Positions 8,932 through 19,871 are shown, numbered from the stretch's first letter. The stretch is DNA of 64,000 nt from an uncultured Clostridia bacterium (GCA_944393415.1 CALYAD010000032.1:2818-66817), one strand, 5' to 3'. The notes: generated by a model from the sequence alone, not told the origin. Numbers and translations are program-made.

Positions 8932-11900
8932 ATGAAAAAAGTCAGAATACTTGCTGTTGTTTTGGCAGTGCTGATGCTTCCTATCGGATTGCTGATCTCG
9001 TGTGAAACCAACCCTTCAGACGAACCGTCCGATAGCTCGTCGTTTACGACCAGTTCTGTGGAAACACAAGAGGTTTCAACCACTCCTCCCGATAACGACG
9101 GAACTCGGGATGGATATCTTATGTATTTCTCTTTTGACGAAGCCGACAGAGGAGATTTAAGGACCGATCTGCTTCCTTACGCTACATATTTTACTACGGC
9201 TGAAAAGGAAGGCTCCTTATACCTTATCGATGACAAGGGCGGAGTGGACGGCTCCGGAGCTCTTCTGATCCAGCGTTTAGACGCTCAGACGGACGCGTAT
9301 GTGGAGCTTACGACCACGGGAATGCCGAGTCTTTCCGCGCAGCACACCGTTGAGTTTGATATAAAGGTCAGCGAAGGGCTTTTGGGAGACGGTATCAATC
9401 TCTACAGCCGCAAGAGCGTCAATAACGCCGCGTGCTCTGAGACCTTTGTCAGGATAACGGAGGACGGGGTTTATGACGGAGACGGAGCGCTTCTTTACGA
9501 GATAAACGGAGAAGAGTGGCTTCATGTCGCGATAGCCGTTGACGATGAAAATCTTACATATGATATATATGTAAACGGCGGCAAGCTTACTGCTTCCACC
9601 AAATTTACTAACGTGAGCTATCCCGCGTGGAGTGAGCAGAGACTTACCACGTACCGTATTTCCACAAATGCTACCACGGTTTCCGATGTATACGCTTACA
9701 TTGATAATCTTTGTATCGTTGCGGGTCTTGATCCGAAGGAGCATGACGAGGCTAAAGACGATATAACCTATAAGGATACCTTTACGCAGGCTCTTCCCGC
9801 TTTCGAGACGACCAAGGAGGATACTCTCGCTCTGGTTGAGCAGCATGCTCTTACCGAAAAGAATCTTGCCAGCACGCTGTCCCTTTATAAGGTTGACAGA
9901 AACAATATGGCGGCGGAGGTCCCGCTGATGTATGACTATACCGTTGAGTCGGGCGGTACCTACGGCGGAGTTTTCGGCGGAAAGGTGTATGTCAACAGAG
10001 AAAACAGCGAAAACTATATCCAGTTTGTCGCCGATGTAAATCTGACCGTAAACGTCACGATCACGGGCTCGCTTCTTACAGGAACCTATACGATCGGGGG
10101 AACCGCAGAGGAGCCGGAGGCATGGATTACGCTTACGGACGGCGCGCTTGAGCGCGAATATTACGGCGTTCTTGAAGGCAGCTCGATAAATCTTTACTCC
10201 GATTTCAATCTTACACAGCTTGTCGGGGTATATGATCTGTATGAAAGTGAAATTCCCTTTAACAATATTCCGCTTGTCGTGGACGAGGAGAATTACTACG
10301 TTTATATTTATATCGACGACTACTTCGGCACGGTGGATTTTGTGATCCATACAGCGGACAGCAGTCTTGATTATCCCGATAACGCAGAGTATTCGTATGC
10401 CGATGGGGTTCTTACGATAACCGTCGGGGAAAATGCCTTTACCTACAATTATGACGGCACTAACCTTACCGCTGGCGAGGGCGAGGATCTGAAGACCTTT
10501 GAGGTTTATGTTGACGATTCCGCGTGGGAGCTCGGCGAGAATGAGGAATATGTCCTCAAATGGCAGAACTTTGCTACAGGAATCAATCAGCTTGATTTCT
10601 ACGCGGACGTCGAGGAGGGAACCGGAGCCAACTGGACCAATATCAGATTTGATTACTATATTCCCACAAACGGTGTAAACTTTACCTTCCTTGTAATTGT
10701 TGATACAGGAAGCAGCGCGGAGGGTTGGTCATATTATTCGGCGACTATCAGCCACTCCACTGCCGGCTGGTACACCTTTGACAAGGTAATAACCTCAATG
10801 GGTGGATCAAGAACCCCGGATATGGAAAGATTTACGGGTAAGGTTTCCATCACCACCACCGGATGGAACAACGGTCCTCAGGGCGCTACCGATCACGAGG
10901 AGCGTGTTGACGGCTATGCTATCTATCTTTCGAATATAGAGCTTTATTCCGGCAAATCCATCGTTGTTCAGGGACCTGATGAGGAGCATCCCGACTGTAC
11001 TCATGAGGGTACGCTTGTTCCTTCCGACGATTTCGTCGCTCCTACCTGTACCGATAACGGATACTATCCGCTGGTATGCTCTGTTTGCGGAGCCACCAAG
11101 GTAGACATTGACAGAGAGATGGAGTTCCCGCTCGGTCACAATTATGAGGGTGCGGAGACCGAGAGAGTCGAGCCTACCTGCGCAAGCGCCGGTTATGTTT
11201 ATCAGTACTGTGTGACCTGCGGTGAAAGGGCGGTCGCCGAGGAGATCCCCGCTCTCGGTCATGATTACATAACGAGATATGACCCCAATACCAGAGAAAT
11301 GAGACAGACCTGTAAAACCTGCGGCGATCAGTCCTCGCTTGTTCTGTCCGAATCGATACTCACCACTAAGGAAAAAATAGAGAAGCTCGGTATTACCAAT
11401 GCCCAGTACTTTATCTATGATGATAATAAGAGCTATTCCGTTGGTTCTCCTAACGTTAATCCGTCGGGTGCTACTGATCCGGGCTTCATAACAATCAACC
11501 CCAAATATGCTGTGTTTGCCGCGGATGCCAACGGTATGTTCAAGTTTACGCGCGGAGCCAATCTCACGCAGGACCCGTATATAGATTTTGATATCGACAA
11601 TAAATTCCAGAATACTCATGTTATAGAATTTTCTCTGATGCTCGGTGAGGCTGTCGGAGGAAAGTACCCGAAGCTGGCAGGTAACTACATTACGCGTCCC
11701 AGCGCGGGAATGTGGAGCGCGAACCTGTTTACAACGAATGAAAACGGAGTTCTTTCCTTTAACATGAATACCGAGTATACGATTCAGCTGAGTGAAGAAA
11801 GAGTTACTCATTTCGCGTTTGTCTTTACGCCAAAGGACAATGTATTTGATGTATATGTGGACGGATATCTGAGATTTTCCGGAATTACTATGACCACTGA

Positions 11901-12549
11901 CTCGAGAATTTCCGACTTTTTAGGAAATGATTTCAGAATTACATATGCAAAGAACGTCGACGCGGAAGGAATGAGCTTCTATATAGGCGATATGATGGCA
12001 TACGAGGCTGACTTCCCGGTATGCGTTGTAGGTATGGGAAGCTCAAGCGGCGGTTCCGAATACGGCGGCGATGTGGAGCTTATCGGCGATGTTACCGACG
12101 GAAATGTAGCCGTAACCGACAGCGACGTGGCTCTCAGACTCCCCGGATATGTATATACTACAGCGTATGTTCTTGATTTCACTCTTACCGCGGACTCCTT
12201 GTCTGACGGCGCACTCCTTGCGGGTAATAAGCTTGACGCTTATGGATTCGAAAACACGCTTGACCTGATAACGGTAAGAGACGGATATATATTCGTCCTT
12301 GACAGAGCGGTATGCAGAACTACGGATGTAAGCGACGGTCTCAGATTTACGATTGTGATGGACGATGCCATGAACCAGGTGGTCGTGTATCTCGACGGCG
12401 TTGAGATTCTGGGCGGCGCTCTCCGCTATCCGGATGGATATTACGCACTTACGGATTCCTTGATACAGGGATTTGTATTTAAGGCAGAAGCAGGCTCCTA
12501 TAATATAAGCGGGCTTGATATGTACACCGGATTTTCCGTAAAAGAATAA
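8932..12549 (+). CDS. Large secreted lipoprotein with LamG/concanavalin-like jelly-roll regions and a central Cys-rich module
   Basis: Signal peptide plus lipobox (MKKVRILAVVLAVLMLPIGLLISC). Repeated 'DxYVNG / LxxY..G' LamG-like segments. A Cys-rich block lies at roughly aa 690-800. Confidence 0.7.
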   Translation: MKKVRILAVVLAVLMLPIGLLISCETNPSDEPSDSSSFTTSSVETQEVSTTPPDNDGTRDGYLMYFSFDEADRGDLRTDLLPYATYFTTAEKEGSLYLIDDKGGVDGSGALLIQRLDAQTDAYVELTTTGMPSLSAQHTVEFDIKVSEGLLGDGINLYSRKSVNNAACSETFVRITEDGVYDGDGALLYEINGEEWLHVAIAVDDENLTYDIYVNGGKLTASTKFTNVSYPAWSEQRLTTYRISTNATTVSDVYAYIDNLCIVAGLDPKEHDEAKDDITYKDTFTQALPAFETTKEDTLALVEQHALTEKNLASTLSLYKVDRNNMAAEVPLMYDYTVESGGTYGGVFGGKVYVNRENSENYIQFVADVNLTVNVTITGSLLTGTYTIGGTAEEPEAWITLTDGALEREYYGVLEGSSINLYSDFNLTQLVGVYDLYESEIPFNNIPLVVDEENYYVYIYIDDYFGTVDFVIHTADSSLDYPDNAEYSYADGVLTITVGENAFTYNYDGTNLTAGEGEDLKTFEVYVDDSAWELGENEEYVLKWQNFATGINQLDFYADVEEGTGANWTNIRFDYYIPTNGVNFTFLVIVDTGSSAEGWSYYSATISHSTAGWYTFDKVITSMGGSRTPDMERFTGKVSITTTGWNNGPQGATDHEERVDGYAIYLSNIELYSGKSIVVQGPDEEHPDCTHEGTLVPSDDFVAPTCTDNGYYPLVCSVCGATKVDIDREMEFPLGHNYEGAETERVEPTCASAGYVYQYCVTCGERAVAEEIPALGHDYITRYDPNTREMRQTCKTCGDQSSLVLSESILTTKEKIEKLGITNAQYFIYDDNKSYSVGSPNVNPSGATDPGFITINPKYAVFAADANGMFKFTRGANLTQDPYIDFDIDNKFQNTHVIEFSLMLGEAVGGKYPKLAGNYITRPSAGMWSANLFTTNENGVLSFNMNTEYTIQLSEERVTHFAFVFTPKDNVFDVYVDGYLRFSGITMTTDSRISDFLGNDFRITYAKNVDAEGMSFYIGDMMAYEADFPVCVVGMGSSSGGSEYGGDVELIGDVTDGNVAVTDSDVALRLPGYVYTTAYVLDFTLTADSLSDGALLAGNKLDAYGFENTLDLITVRDGYIFVLDRAVCRTTDVSDGLRFTIVMDDAMNQVVVYLDGVEILGGALRYPDGYYALTDSLIQGFVFKAEAGSYNISGLDMYTGFSVKE

Positions 12550-12558
12550 TAAAAAAGA

Positions 12559-12589
12559 CGGAGCTTTAAAAAGCTCCGCCTTTTTTTTT
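12559..12589 (+). terminator. Intrinsic terminator
   Basis: CGGAGCTTT-AA-AAAGCTCCG followed by a T9 run. Confidence 0.8.
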
Positions 12590-12632
12590 CAAAAAAATTT
12601 TTCTGGAGGGAAGGATCTGAGTGGGCGTGATA

Positions 12633-12679
12633 GCGTGAAAGTTGAGTCAGATCAAATCAGAGTTCAGGCGGTTTCACGC
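12633..12679 (+). repeat. Long-loop inverted repeat GCGTGAAA-N31-TTTCACGC (member of the dapL-leader repeat family)
   Basis: GATAGCGTGAAAG...CAGGCGGTTTCACGC has the same arms, the same 47-nt span and the same CAGRCGK 3' core as 62864-62910 and 62694-62739. Confidence 0.55.
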
Positions 12680-12747
12680 ATATGTGAGGCTTCGCCGCCG
12701 TCTCCGATTTTTCCGTACTTACTTTTTTCAGAGAAGTTTTTGAAGGT

Positions 12748-12779
12748 TTCAGGGAACTTTTTTCAAAAAGTTCCCTGAA
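12748..12779. repeat. Hairpin repeat, variant copy (TTCAGGGAACTTTTTT/AAAAAGTTCCCTGAA)
   Basis: Preceded by AGAAGTTTTTGAAGGTTTCAG, which is homologous to 36598-36621. Overlaps the 3' end of cca. Confidence 0.5.
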
Positions 12780-14112
12780 TATTTCTCAGATGCAGAGCCT
12801 CGGTTTTCAGTTTTTCAGGGTCATTTTCAATCTCACCGGATATGACCTTATCAAGAAGCGAATTTAAGATTATACCGATCTCCTTTCCTTTCGGAATACC
12901 GAGAGAAATAAGGGTGTCTCCGTTTATCTTCAGCTGTTTTAAAGTAAAACAGTCGGAAGCGGTCTCAATCTTTTTAATGATTTCAAGTATTTCGTCGTAA
13001 ACGGCGATGCGTGAGGCATGCTCGGGCGCCTGAGCATGATTATCGGCGCGCTGCAGCGCGATAAGCTTTTTCAGCGTATCGTTTCCGAGACGGTTTAAAT
13101 AGCGACGCACGTATTTTTCATCCGCAGGGATCTGAGTATCGTGATATTTTATCAGTATCAGAGCTTCGTTTTTTGTTCGCTTGTCGGATTTAAGACGATC
13201 AAATATTGTTTCGGCAATTCTGACACCTTCGGCACAATGTCCGTAAAAATGCCCGATCCCGTCTTTTATGGAAAACGTGTTTGGTTTTCCTATATCATGA
13301 AAGAGGGCCGCAAGTCTAAGAGCAGGCTCTCCCGGTACGCCGGAGACGGTTTTGACGGTATGAGTGTACACATCATAAATATGATGAGGGTTATGCTGAT
13401 GAAAGCCTATGCACGGAGTAAGCTCCGGTATTACCCGGCAAATGACCCCGCTGTGTTCCAGCAAAACTTTTTCGGCGTTTCTGCCGCACAGCAGTTTTTT
13501 TATTTCCGAATATATTCTTTCTGCGGAGAGCGCGTCGAGCATACCGGCGCATTTCAAAGCGGCGGAGGCGGTTTCATATTCAATATTAAAGCCATAAACG
13601 GACGCAAAACGCAGGGCGCGTAGTATTCTCAGTCCGTCCTCTGAAAACCTTAACTCTGGCTTTCCTACCGCGCGTATGATACCGCTTTGCAGGTCTGATA
13701 CACCCCCGGCAATATCAACTATCCCGGATTTGGGGTTAAAGGCAAGCGCGTTAACTGTGAAATCCCGCCGCGCAAGATCACTGCATATGCTGCTTGTGTA
13801 ATTCACGCTGTCCGGATGCCGTCCGTCCGAATAGGTGCTGTCGGTGCGGAAGGTCGTTATTTCAATCGGCTCGTTTTCTATCATAACGGTAACGGTTCCG
13901 TGCTTAATACCGGCGGTAAAAGAAGCGTAGCCTTCAAAAACCTCAAGAGCTTCCTCCGGGTGAGCGGAGGTTGCGATATCACAGTCACCGGGGGGAAGTC
14001 CCAGAATACTGTCGCGTACATATCCGCCGACGATGTAGGCTGAATATCCCGCGGCTTCAAGCCGTGAAATCGCGATTTCAGCGGCTTTGTTCAGTTTAAT
14101 TTCCGGTTTCAT
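12763..14112 (-). CDS. cca: CCA-adding tRNA nucleotidyltransferase with HD domain
   Basis: GGYVRDSILGLPPGDCDIAT (pol-beta nucleotidyltransferase head) and HDIGKP (HD). ATG at 14112 follows GAAAGGAGAG. Confidence 0.85.
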   Translation of the reverse strand: MKPEIKLNKAAEIAISRLEAAGYSAYIVGGYVRDSILGLPPGDCDIATSAHPEEALEVFEGYASFTAGIKHGTVTVMIENEPIEITTFRTDSTYSDGRHPDSVNYTSSICSDLARRDFTVNALAFNPKSGIVDIAGGVSDLQSGIIRAVGKPELRFSEDGLRILRALRFASVYGFNIEYETASAALKCAGMLDALSAERIYSEIKKLLCGRNAEKVLLEHSGVICRVIPELTPCIGFHQHNPHHIYDVYTHTVKTVSGVPGEPALRLAALFHDIGKPNTFSIKDGIGHFYGHCAEGVRIAETIFDRLKSDKRTKNEALILIKYHDTQIPADEKYVRRYLNRLGNDTLKKLIALQRADNHAQAPEHASRIAVYDEILEIIKKIETASDCFTLKQLKINGDTLISLGIPKGKEIGIILNSLLDKVISGEIENDPEKLKTEALHLRNIQGTF

Positions 14113-14160
14113 TTTGATCACTCTCCTTTCATCGGCAGATTGATACGGTCTTTACGCGAT

Positions 14161-14856
14161 TTAAATATAAGTCTTCTGATTTTTTATTATCTGCATGACA
14201 GGCATATAGTCCTTGCCAGCTATTATCAAATGCTCAAGCAGAGTTTTGTTGAAGGGCTTGAATGTCTCATATACATAATTTGTTATTTGGATATCGGCGA
14301 CGGAAGGATAGGGATTTCCGCCCGGGTGGTTATGTACCAGAATGAAGTTAGGCGCTGAGAATTTGAAAAGGATGGTCGCGAGGAGCTCAAGATTGATATC
14401 GACAGAGCAACCGGCGCCTTCGGCCATAGTCTTGATGCCTATGAAGCGGTATTTATTGTCAAGCATAAAAACTGAAAGCTTTTCCCTGACATCCTTCATG
14501 TGTAAAAAAACACAGTATTCCGCTATCTTTTGGATTTCGTCAAACTTGACTCTGGATCTCAGCTTGTCAAGGTTGTAGTAGCTGGATATTTCCGGTATCA
14601 GCTTCAGAATGGAGGCGGAATATTCTTTAATGCCTGTGACACGTGTAAGCTCCTCTATATCCGCGTCCATGACCGCGGATAATGAACCGAAGTGTTCTAT
14701 AAGTCGGTGAGCGATCGGATTGGTGTCCTGTTGGGGCAATACATAGAAGAGTAAGAGCTCCAGCACCTCATGCGGATCAAAGCCGCTCAGCCCGCCTGTG
14801 ATAAATTTATTTCTGAGTCTTTGTCTGTGATTTTTATGTACGTTTTCTTTGGGCAT
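14161..14856 (-). CDS. radC: RadC-family JAMM/MPN protein
   Basis: N-terminal HhH region (HRQRLRNKF...) and the C-terminal HNHPGGNPYPSVAD JAMM motif. Confidence 0.85.
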   Translation of the reverse strand: MPKENVHKNHRQRLRNKFITGGLSGFDPHEVLELLLFYVLPQQDTNPIAHRLIEHFGSLSAVMDADIEELTRVTGIKEYSASILKLIPEISSYYNLDKLRSRVKFDEIQKIAEYCVFLHMKDVREKLSVFMLDNKYRFIGIKTMAEGAGCSVDINLELLATILFKFSAPNFILVHNHPGGNPYPSVADIQITNYVYETFKPFNKTLLEHLIIAGKDYMPVMQIIKNQKTYI

Positions 14857-14890
14857 GGCTGAACCTCCTTTTCATTTTAATGCGCGGAAC

Positions 14891-17047
14891 TCAGCCTCTC
14901 ACACCGTCGGCCGGCGATTCGTATGTAAAGTCAAAGCTTACTCCTTCCTCACCGAGCTTAAGAGCGGCTGAAAAAGGCTTTCCGGCTTTTGATATAAAAC
15001 CGTCGAGTCTTTGAGTTTTACCGCTGGTAAGCAGTGAGGTGGCGGCTGAGACCGGAATTGCCCGGGAGCAGAGGGTAAGAGGAATACGGAACTTACATCC
15101 GTCCTTGTACGCGGAGCAGCCGTAGCCGTAGGCGCCGCGAAGCACTGTAGCCCCGCACCTGGGACATTTGCCGATCTCCTGACCGGATATTCCGATATCC
15201 ACGTCCGATGAGCTTGAGGTTCCGGTCTGCGTGAAGACCGAGGCGATCTCGTTCTGAGCGAGCAGAAGGCTTTTTCTTACCGATATTTCCCCATGATAGA
15301 CCTTTTTCAGCGCCTGACCGAGCTGAGATGTTTTATATTTATCCATGGAGATGCCGAGCAACGATAGCATGCGGATTAGATATTCTCCTTTAGGAAGTAT
15401 GCTGTAAACATCCTTTTTTAGAGATATATACCCGCTTTGCAGAGCGTTGTCAATAATTCCGGTACGCGTCGCCTCAGTTCCGAGCTCAAGACCCTCAAAT
15501 ATAGCGCGGTAATCGTCGTCGTCGCTCTCATTTTCTTTTGACTGAGCCTTATCGTCCTTAAAAGGGTTTTTAAGGTAATTATTGAGTGTCTCAACAGTAT
15601 AATGCTTAGGCGGTGAGGTGGTTTTTTCTACAGGACGAAAGTCGTGCTCGACCTTATCGCCCTTTTTCAGATCAGGAAGGAGCTTATCCTTTTGATTTGA
15701 ATCATCGTAAGCGGTCCAGCCCTTTTCGAGGATAACCATGCCTTTCAGCTGAAACTCCTCCGTATCTTCTCCCAGTGTTATGGTGATCTCGGTTTTGTTG
15801 ACTATACAGTCCTGTGAGCAGAACACTGCCGCGAATCTCCGGAACACAGTGGAATACAAAAGGTTTTCACTTTGCGAAAGCTCGTTTTTTCTTGGTATTT
15901 TGAATGTCGGGGTAAGAGCTGAATGAGCTTCTATCTTATTATCGTCAAAAATGCTTTTGCCGTCTTTAAAGCTGACAGGATAGCCGAGCTTGGAAACATT
16001 GCCGATTATCTGTTTTATCTTATCCTTTTCGGCGGTGGCAAGATATTCGGAGTTGGTTCTCGGATAGGTCAGAAAGCCGCGCTCGTAAAGCTTTTGCGCT
16101 GTTTCAAGGCTTTCGTTCATCGGCATTTTATATTTTTTTGAAAGAACATTCTGGAGTTTAGTGAGAGAGTACAGCTTTCCGGGAGGAAGGGTAGTCTTTT
16201 TCTTTTTGACTGAGGTTACGACGGCGGGCAGGGAATTGTAGGTTTTGCACAGTGCCTCTGCTTTTTCAAGCTCGTCTTTGCCGAAGCGCCGCTTTGAGGT
16301 AAGCTCAATCTCCGAGCCGCCGGATTCTGTGTGGCTTATTATGGCGTAGTATTTTTCGGGAACAAAGTTTTTGATCTGATTGTCCCTGTCGTATATCGCT
16401 TTGACTATTGGTACTATTACACGACCGACCCGTAAAAACGCACCGCTTTTCACTGTGGCGTATCGGGTAAGATTTGTACCGTAAAGCCAGTCAATGAAGG
16501 TTCTTGCGAATCCCTCATAGGCGAGAAGGTCGTATTCCTTTTCATCCTTCATTTCGGAAAGAGCCAGGCGAATAGTGTCGGGAGTCTGGTCCGGAAGCCA
16601 AAGCCGTTTTTGAGTTTTTTCGGTTTCAAGCGCCTTTGAAATGCATATCCGCACTATTATCTCGCCTTCGCGGTCGGCATCCCCGGCGTTTACTATAGTA
16701 TCGACGTCGCTTCTGTTGCATAGGTAACGTATAACGCCGAATTGTTTTTCGACACCGGTATCTGTTTTTCCGTTTTTATCCGGTCTGAGCTGAAAGTTAT
16801 ATTTTTGCGGGAAGCACGGCAGCTTGTCGAGAGTCCATTTTGGCTTTTTCCCCGGGACATAGTTATCGCCTTCGGTGTAAAATTCTATATCCGAAAGCGT
16901 GAAAAGGTGACCGAATGCCCATGTGACTATATAACCGCATCCTTCGTAGTACCCGTTATTTTTTTTCATCGAGCCGTTGCCGAGACCGTTTATCGCATCT
17001 ATGATATTTCTGCCGAGGCTCGGTTTTTCGGCTATGATCAGTATCAA
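14891..17047 (-). CDS. topB: DNA topoisomerase III
   Basis: The Toprim start MILIIAEKPS, YLTYPRTNSEYL with the active-site Tyr, and a C-terminal Cys4 zinc ribbon (CPRCGA...CSAYKDGC). Confidence 0.9.
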   Translation of the reverse strand: MILIIAEKPSLGRNIIDAINGLGNGSMKKNNGYYEGCGYIVTWAFGHLFTLSDIEFYTEGDNYVPGKKPKWTLDKLPCFPQKYNFQLRPDKNGKTDTGVEKQFGVIRYLCNRSDVDTIVNAGDADREGEIIVRICISKALETEKTQKRLWLPDQTPDTIRLALSEMKDEKEYDLLAYEGFARTFIDWLYGTNLTRYATVKSGAFLRVGRVIVPIVKAIYDRDNQIKNFVPEKYYAIISHTESGGSEIELTSKRRFGKDELEKAEALCKTYNSLPAVVTSVKKKKTTLPPGKLYSLTKLQNVLSKKYKMPMNESLETAQKLYERGFLTYPRTNSEYLATAEKDKIKQIIGNVSKLGYPVSFKDGKSIFDDNKIEAHSALTPTFKIPRKNELSQSENLLYSTVFRRFAAVFCSQDCIVNKTEITITLGEDTEEFQLKGMVILEKGWTAYDDSNQKDKLLPDLKKGDKVEHDFRPVEKTTSPPKHYTVETLNNYLKNPFKDDKAQSKENESDDDDYRAIFEGLELGTEATRTGIIDNALQSGYISLKKDVYSILPKGEYLIRMLSLLGISMDKYKTSQLGQALKKVYHGEISVRKSLLLAQNEIASVFTQTGTSSSSDVDIGISGQEIGKCPRCGATVLRGAYGYGCSAYKDGCKFRIPLTLCSRAIPVSAATSLLTSGKTQRLDGFISKAGKPFSAALKLGEEGVSFDFTYESPADGVRG

Positions 17048-17105
17048 TTTTTAACTCCTTGAGATAGTTTTTGTTGTTTTTTGCTCGTATTGGGTCGTAA
17101 TTTGT

Positions 17106-17957
17106 TCATATGTAAAGCAGATTGCTCATATAATTAATAAAGCTACGGAATTCGTTTTCAGGCTCAGGAAGTTCAGGATGCCAGCGTTTTTCCAGCTCGT
17201 ATGAAAGGCAGCCTTTATAATTGTCGTCAATCAGCATTTGTATTATTTCCTTTATCGGAATTGTACCTTTGCCGATGGAACAGAGTGAGTATCCATCGGG
17301 GGTTTTGATATGATCCTTAATGTGAAGATGATGTATATATGCTTTAAGCTTGCCGTAAAATTCGGTATAGCTACCGTGACCGGCATTAAAAGCCCTGTCG
17401 GTATGAGCGATATCCCAGATAATTCCGAACGCGCTGTCCTTGATTTTATCGCAGACATAGCCGAGTATGGCGGAGTTGTTGAAATCTCCGTGAGCTTCAA
17501 GCAGGATCTTTACAGGATTCTCCGTTTCGGGATAGGAAGAGCATTTTAACGAATTTGAAAAACGGCACAGATATTTTATCGCGTCGCATACCTGATCGGC
17601 GATTGCTCTTTCTGAGGAGCCTGCGGGGATGTTATTGCCGAAAACGCGGATTGCCGATATATTGCAGCTGTAAGCGCGGATAACGGCGTTCTTTGCCTCG
17701 TTTAAGGACCTGTTATATGTGTTAATGTCGTGAAATGACGCGGAGGTCCCGAGACAGATCGCGCGGAGCCGATACTTTTCCAGAGCGCTTTTGAAATAAT
17801 AGGCGCCCGCGTCTGAAAGCTCAGGAATTTCGTTTGTATCAAGAATACCGCCGAGCCCGCGTATTTCGATCCCGCTGAATCCGAGTGCGGCGGCTTCGGA
17901 AATAACCCTGTCAAAGCTCCATCCGGGACAGCCCAAGGTGTTGAGTATAAGCTTCAT
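17106..17957 (-). CDS. Sugar phosphate isomerase/epimerase (xylose-isomerase-like TIM barrel)
   Basis: AP_endonuc_2-like pattern: GFSGIEIRG...LLEAHGDF...WDIAHT...HIKD. Confidence 0.8.
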   Translation of the reverse strand: MKLILNTLGCPGWSFDRVISEAAALGFSGIEIRGLGGILDTNEIPELSDAGAYYFKSALEKYRLRAICLGTSASFHDINTYNRSLNEAKNAVIRAYSCNISAIRVFGNNIPAGSSERAIADQVCDAIKYLCRFSNSLKCSSYPETENPVKILLEAHGDFNNSAILGYVCDKIKDSAFGIIWDIAHTDRAFNAGHGSYTEFYGKLKAYIHHLHIKDHIKTPDGYSLCSIGKGTIPIKEIIQMLIDDNYKGCLSYELEKRWHPELPEPENEFRSFINYMSNLLYI

Positions 17958-17975
17958 TATAATATACCGAATAAT

Positions 17976-18485
17976 TTATTCGTTGCTTACGAAGTACACT
18001 TTTTCCATTACCTGATCTTCGTACGGTTTATCACGGAAGTCGGTCTTTACATCAGCTATTTTATCCACGTTTTCGATTCCCTCGATCACCTTGCCGAACG
18101 CCGCGTACTGACCATCAAGAAAGGTCGAATCGGCGTGACATATAAAAAACTGACTGGATGCGGAATCCGGTATATTGGTTCGCGCCATAGAGACCACGCC
18201 TCTTTTATGAGAAAGCTCGTTTTTTACTCCGTTTGCGGAGAATTCTCCCTTAATAGTGCTTTTCGAGCCTCCCATGCCTGTTCCGGTGGGATCGCCGCCC
18301 TGAATCATGAAACCGGATATAACTCTGTGAAAGATAATTCCGTTATAAAACCCGTCGGCGACAAGCTGTTTGAAGTTTTCAACCGTTACGGGAGCCGTTT
18401 CAGGATAAAGCTCTATAGTTATTGTTCCTCCGTTTTTTAAGTCGATATTTACAAGGTTTGTTGGTTTTTCTGATTTGATAAACAT
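17976..18485 (-). CDS. ppiB: Peptidyl-prolyl cis-trans isomerase, cyclophilin type
   Basis: FHRVISGFMIQGGDP...GGSKSTIKGEF...SMARTNIPDSASSQFFI. ATG at 18485 follows AGAAAGGAAG. Confidence 0.9.
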   Translation of the reverse strand: MFIKSEKPTNLVNIDLKNGGTITIELYPETAPVTVENFKQLVADGFYNGIIFHRVISGFMIQGGDPTGTGMGGSKSTIKGEFSANGVKNELSHKRGVVSMARTNIPDSASSQFFICHADSTFLDGQYAAFGKVIEGIENVDKIADVKTDFRDKPYEDQVMEKVYFVSNE

Positions 18486-19041
18486 ATTAATTCTTCCTTT
18501 CTTATTCCAAGCGGAGTATTTTATTTTGTTTTTTGTCGTGATATCGTCGAAAACACGTTTGAAAACCACAGCTATTGATTTTATAGCTTTATTATAGTAT
18601 TTAATAATATTTAGTTTTCTTTAAAACAATTATACAAATATTTTATGTACTCGGTTATTGCTTTTGATAAACTGATTGTTAAAACAATTAATTAAATCAG
18701 GATAGTTCAAAATCGCCGAGTTTTAGAGCTGCTTTTTACTTTTTGGTTAATTTTATTCCCTATATTACGACATTATGCTGCAAGATAATGGTAAAAATGT
18801 TATTAAAATAGATGATTCAGTATTTTCTGACTTCAAAGCGCACAATCAAAGGGCAAAAAATATTTTAAAATTCATTTATTTTGCTAATTGCGTTATTTCC
18901 TATAATATGGTAAAATATAATCAAGTCAGACAGTATAACCCATGGATGAATAAGGAAGAAAATCATTAAATTCTCATTTTCATGGTTATTTGTCACAAAC
19001 ACTCAAAAATTATTGTGCCGTAAACGGCGGGAGGAAAAGAA

Positions 19042-19833
19042 ATGGACCAGACCACAAAAATTCTTATTTGCGACGAAAACGAGGATTGCAGAAGACTGAC
19101 TTCTGATTATCTCAGAAGCGCGGGCTTCCGCACACCGGACGAAGCGACTAACGGAGAAGAGGCGCTCATGAAGATCGGTAAGCTCCATCCCGATATTGTG
19201 ATCATTGATATCTGGATGTCCAAGCTTGATACGATTTCTATACTTAAAAGCTGCAGTGCGTCAAGCTTTCATCCGGACAAGGCTCCGTCATTTATCGTTA
19301 CGAGTCAGATGAATAATCCCTCTATGTTTACTGAGGCATCGGAGGCGGGAGCCGACTATTGTATCCTGAAGCCTATAAACTATCCCAGTCTCGCGGAACG
19401 TATCAGAAGACTTATGCGCATGAGGGAACAGCCGGTTCATCTCAAATCTCAGCCGCTTGAGAGCCGGGAGTCGGTCGAGCTTGAGGCTCAGGTAACAAAG
19501 GTTATACATCAGATAGGCGTACCCGCACATATAAAAGGATATCAGTATCTTCGTACGGCTATAATGATGACGATCAAGGATAACGATATCATAAACTCGG
19601 TTACAAAGATCCTGTATCCTTCTGTCGCGAAGCAGTATGACACTACCTCTTCAAGAGTTGAAAGGGCGATACGTCACGCCATTGAAGTGGCATGGGACAG
19701 AGGAGACGTAGACACGCTGAACTCTTATTTCGGATATACGGTTCAGACTAATCGTGGCAAGCCTACAAACTCCGAGTTTATCGCGATGATAGCCGACAGT
19801 CTTCGTCTTGCCAACAAAAGCATGGTGCTTTGA
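19042..19833 (+). CDS. spo0A: Sporulation master regulator Spo0A
   Basis: Receiver domain plus the Spo0A-specific C-terminus: [17 protein letters not shown]...[18 protein letters not shown]...[10 protein letters not shown]. Confidence 0.93.
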   Translation: MDQTTKILICDENEDCRRLTSDYLRSAGFRTPDEATNGEEALMKIGKLHPDIVIIDIWMSKLDTISILKSCSASSFHPDKAPSFIVTSQMNNPSMFTEASEAGADYCILKPINYPSLAERIRRLMRMREQPVHLKSQPLESRESVELEAQVTKVIHQIGVPAHIKGYQYLRTAIMMTIKDNDIINSVTKILYPSVAKQYDTTSSRVERAIRHAIEVAWDRGDVDTLNSYFGYTVQTNRGKPTNSEFIAMIADSLRLANKSMVL

Positions 19834-19871
19834 TAATTCTATTGGCAGCCTAATGACAAATACACAGAAAT

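Noticed and set aside
9277-11811. 357-aa and 334-aa ORFs antisense to the large lipoprotein gene
   Set aside because: They have no motifs and no SD, and they lie entirely inside a strongly supported plus-strand CDS.
18775-18969. 64-aa ORF in the AT-rich spo0A upstream region
   Set aside because: It has no SD and its composition is AT-driven (Asn/Lys/Ile-rich). It lies in what is more likely the spo0A promoter and regulatory region. I could not confidently place sigma-H or Spo0A boxes there, so none are reported.
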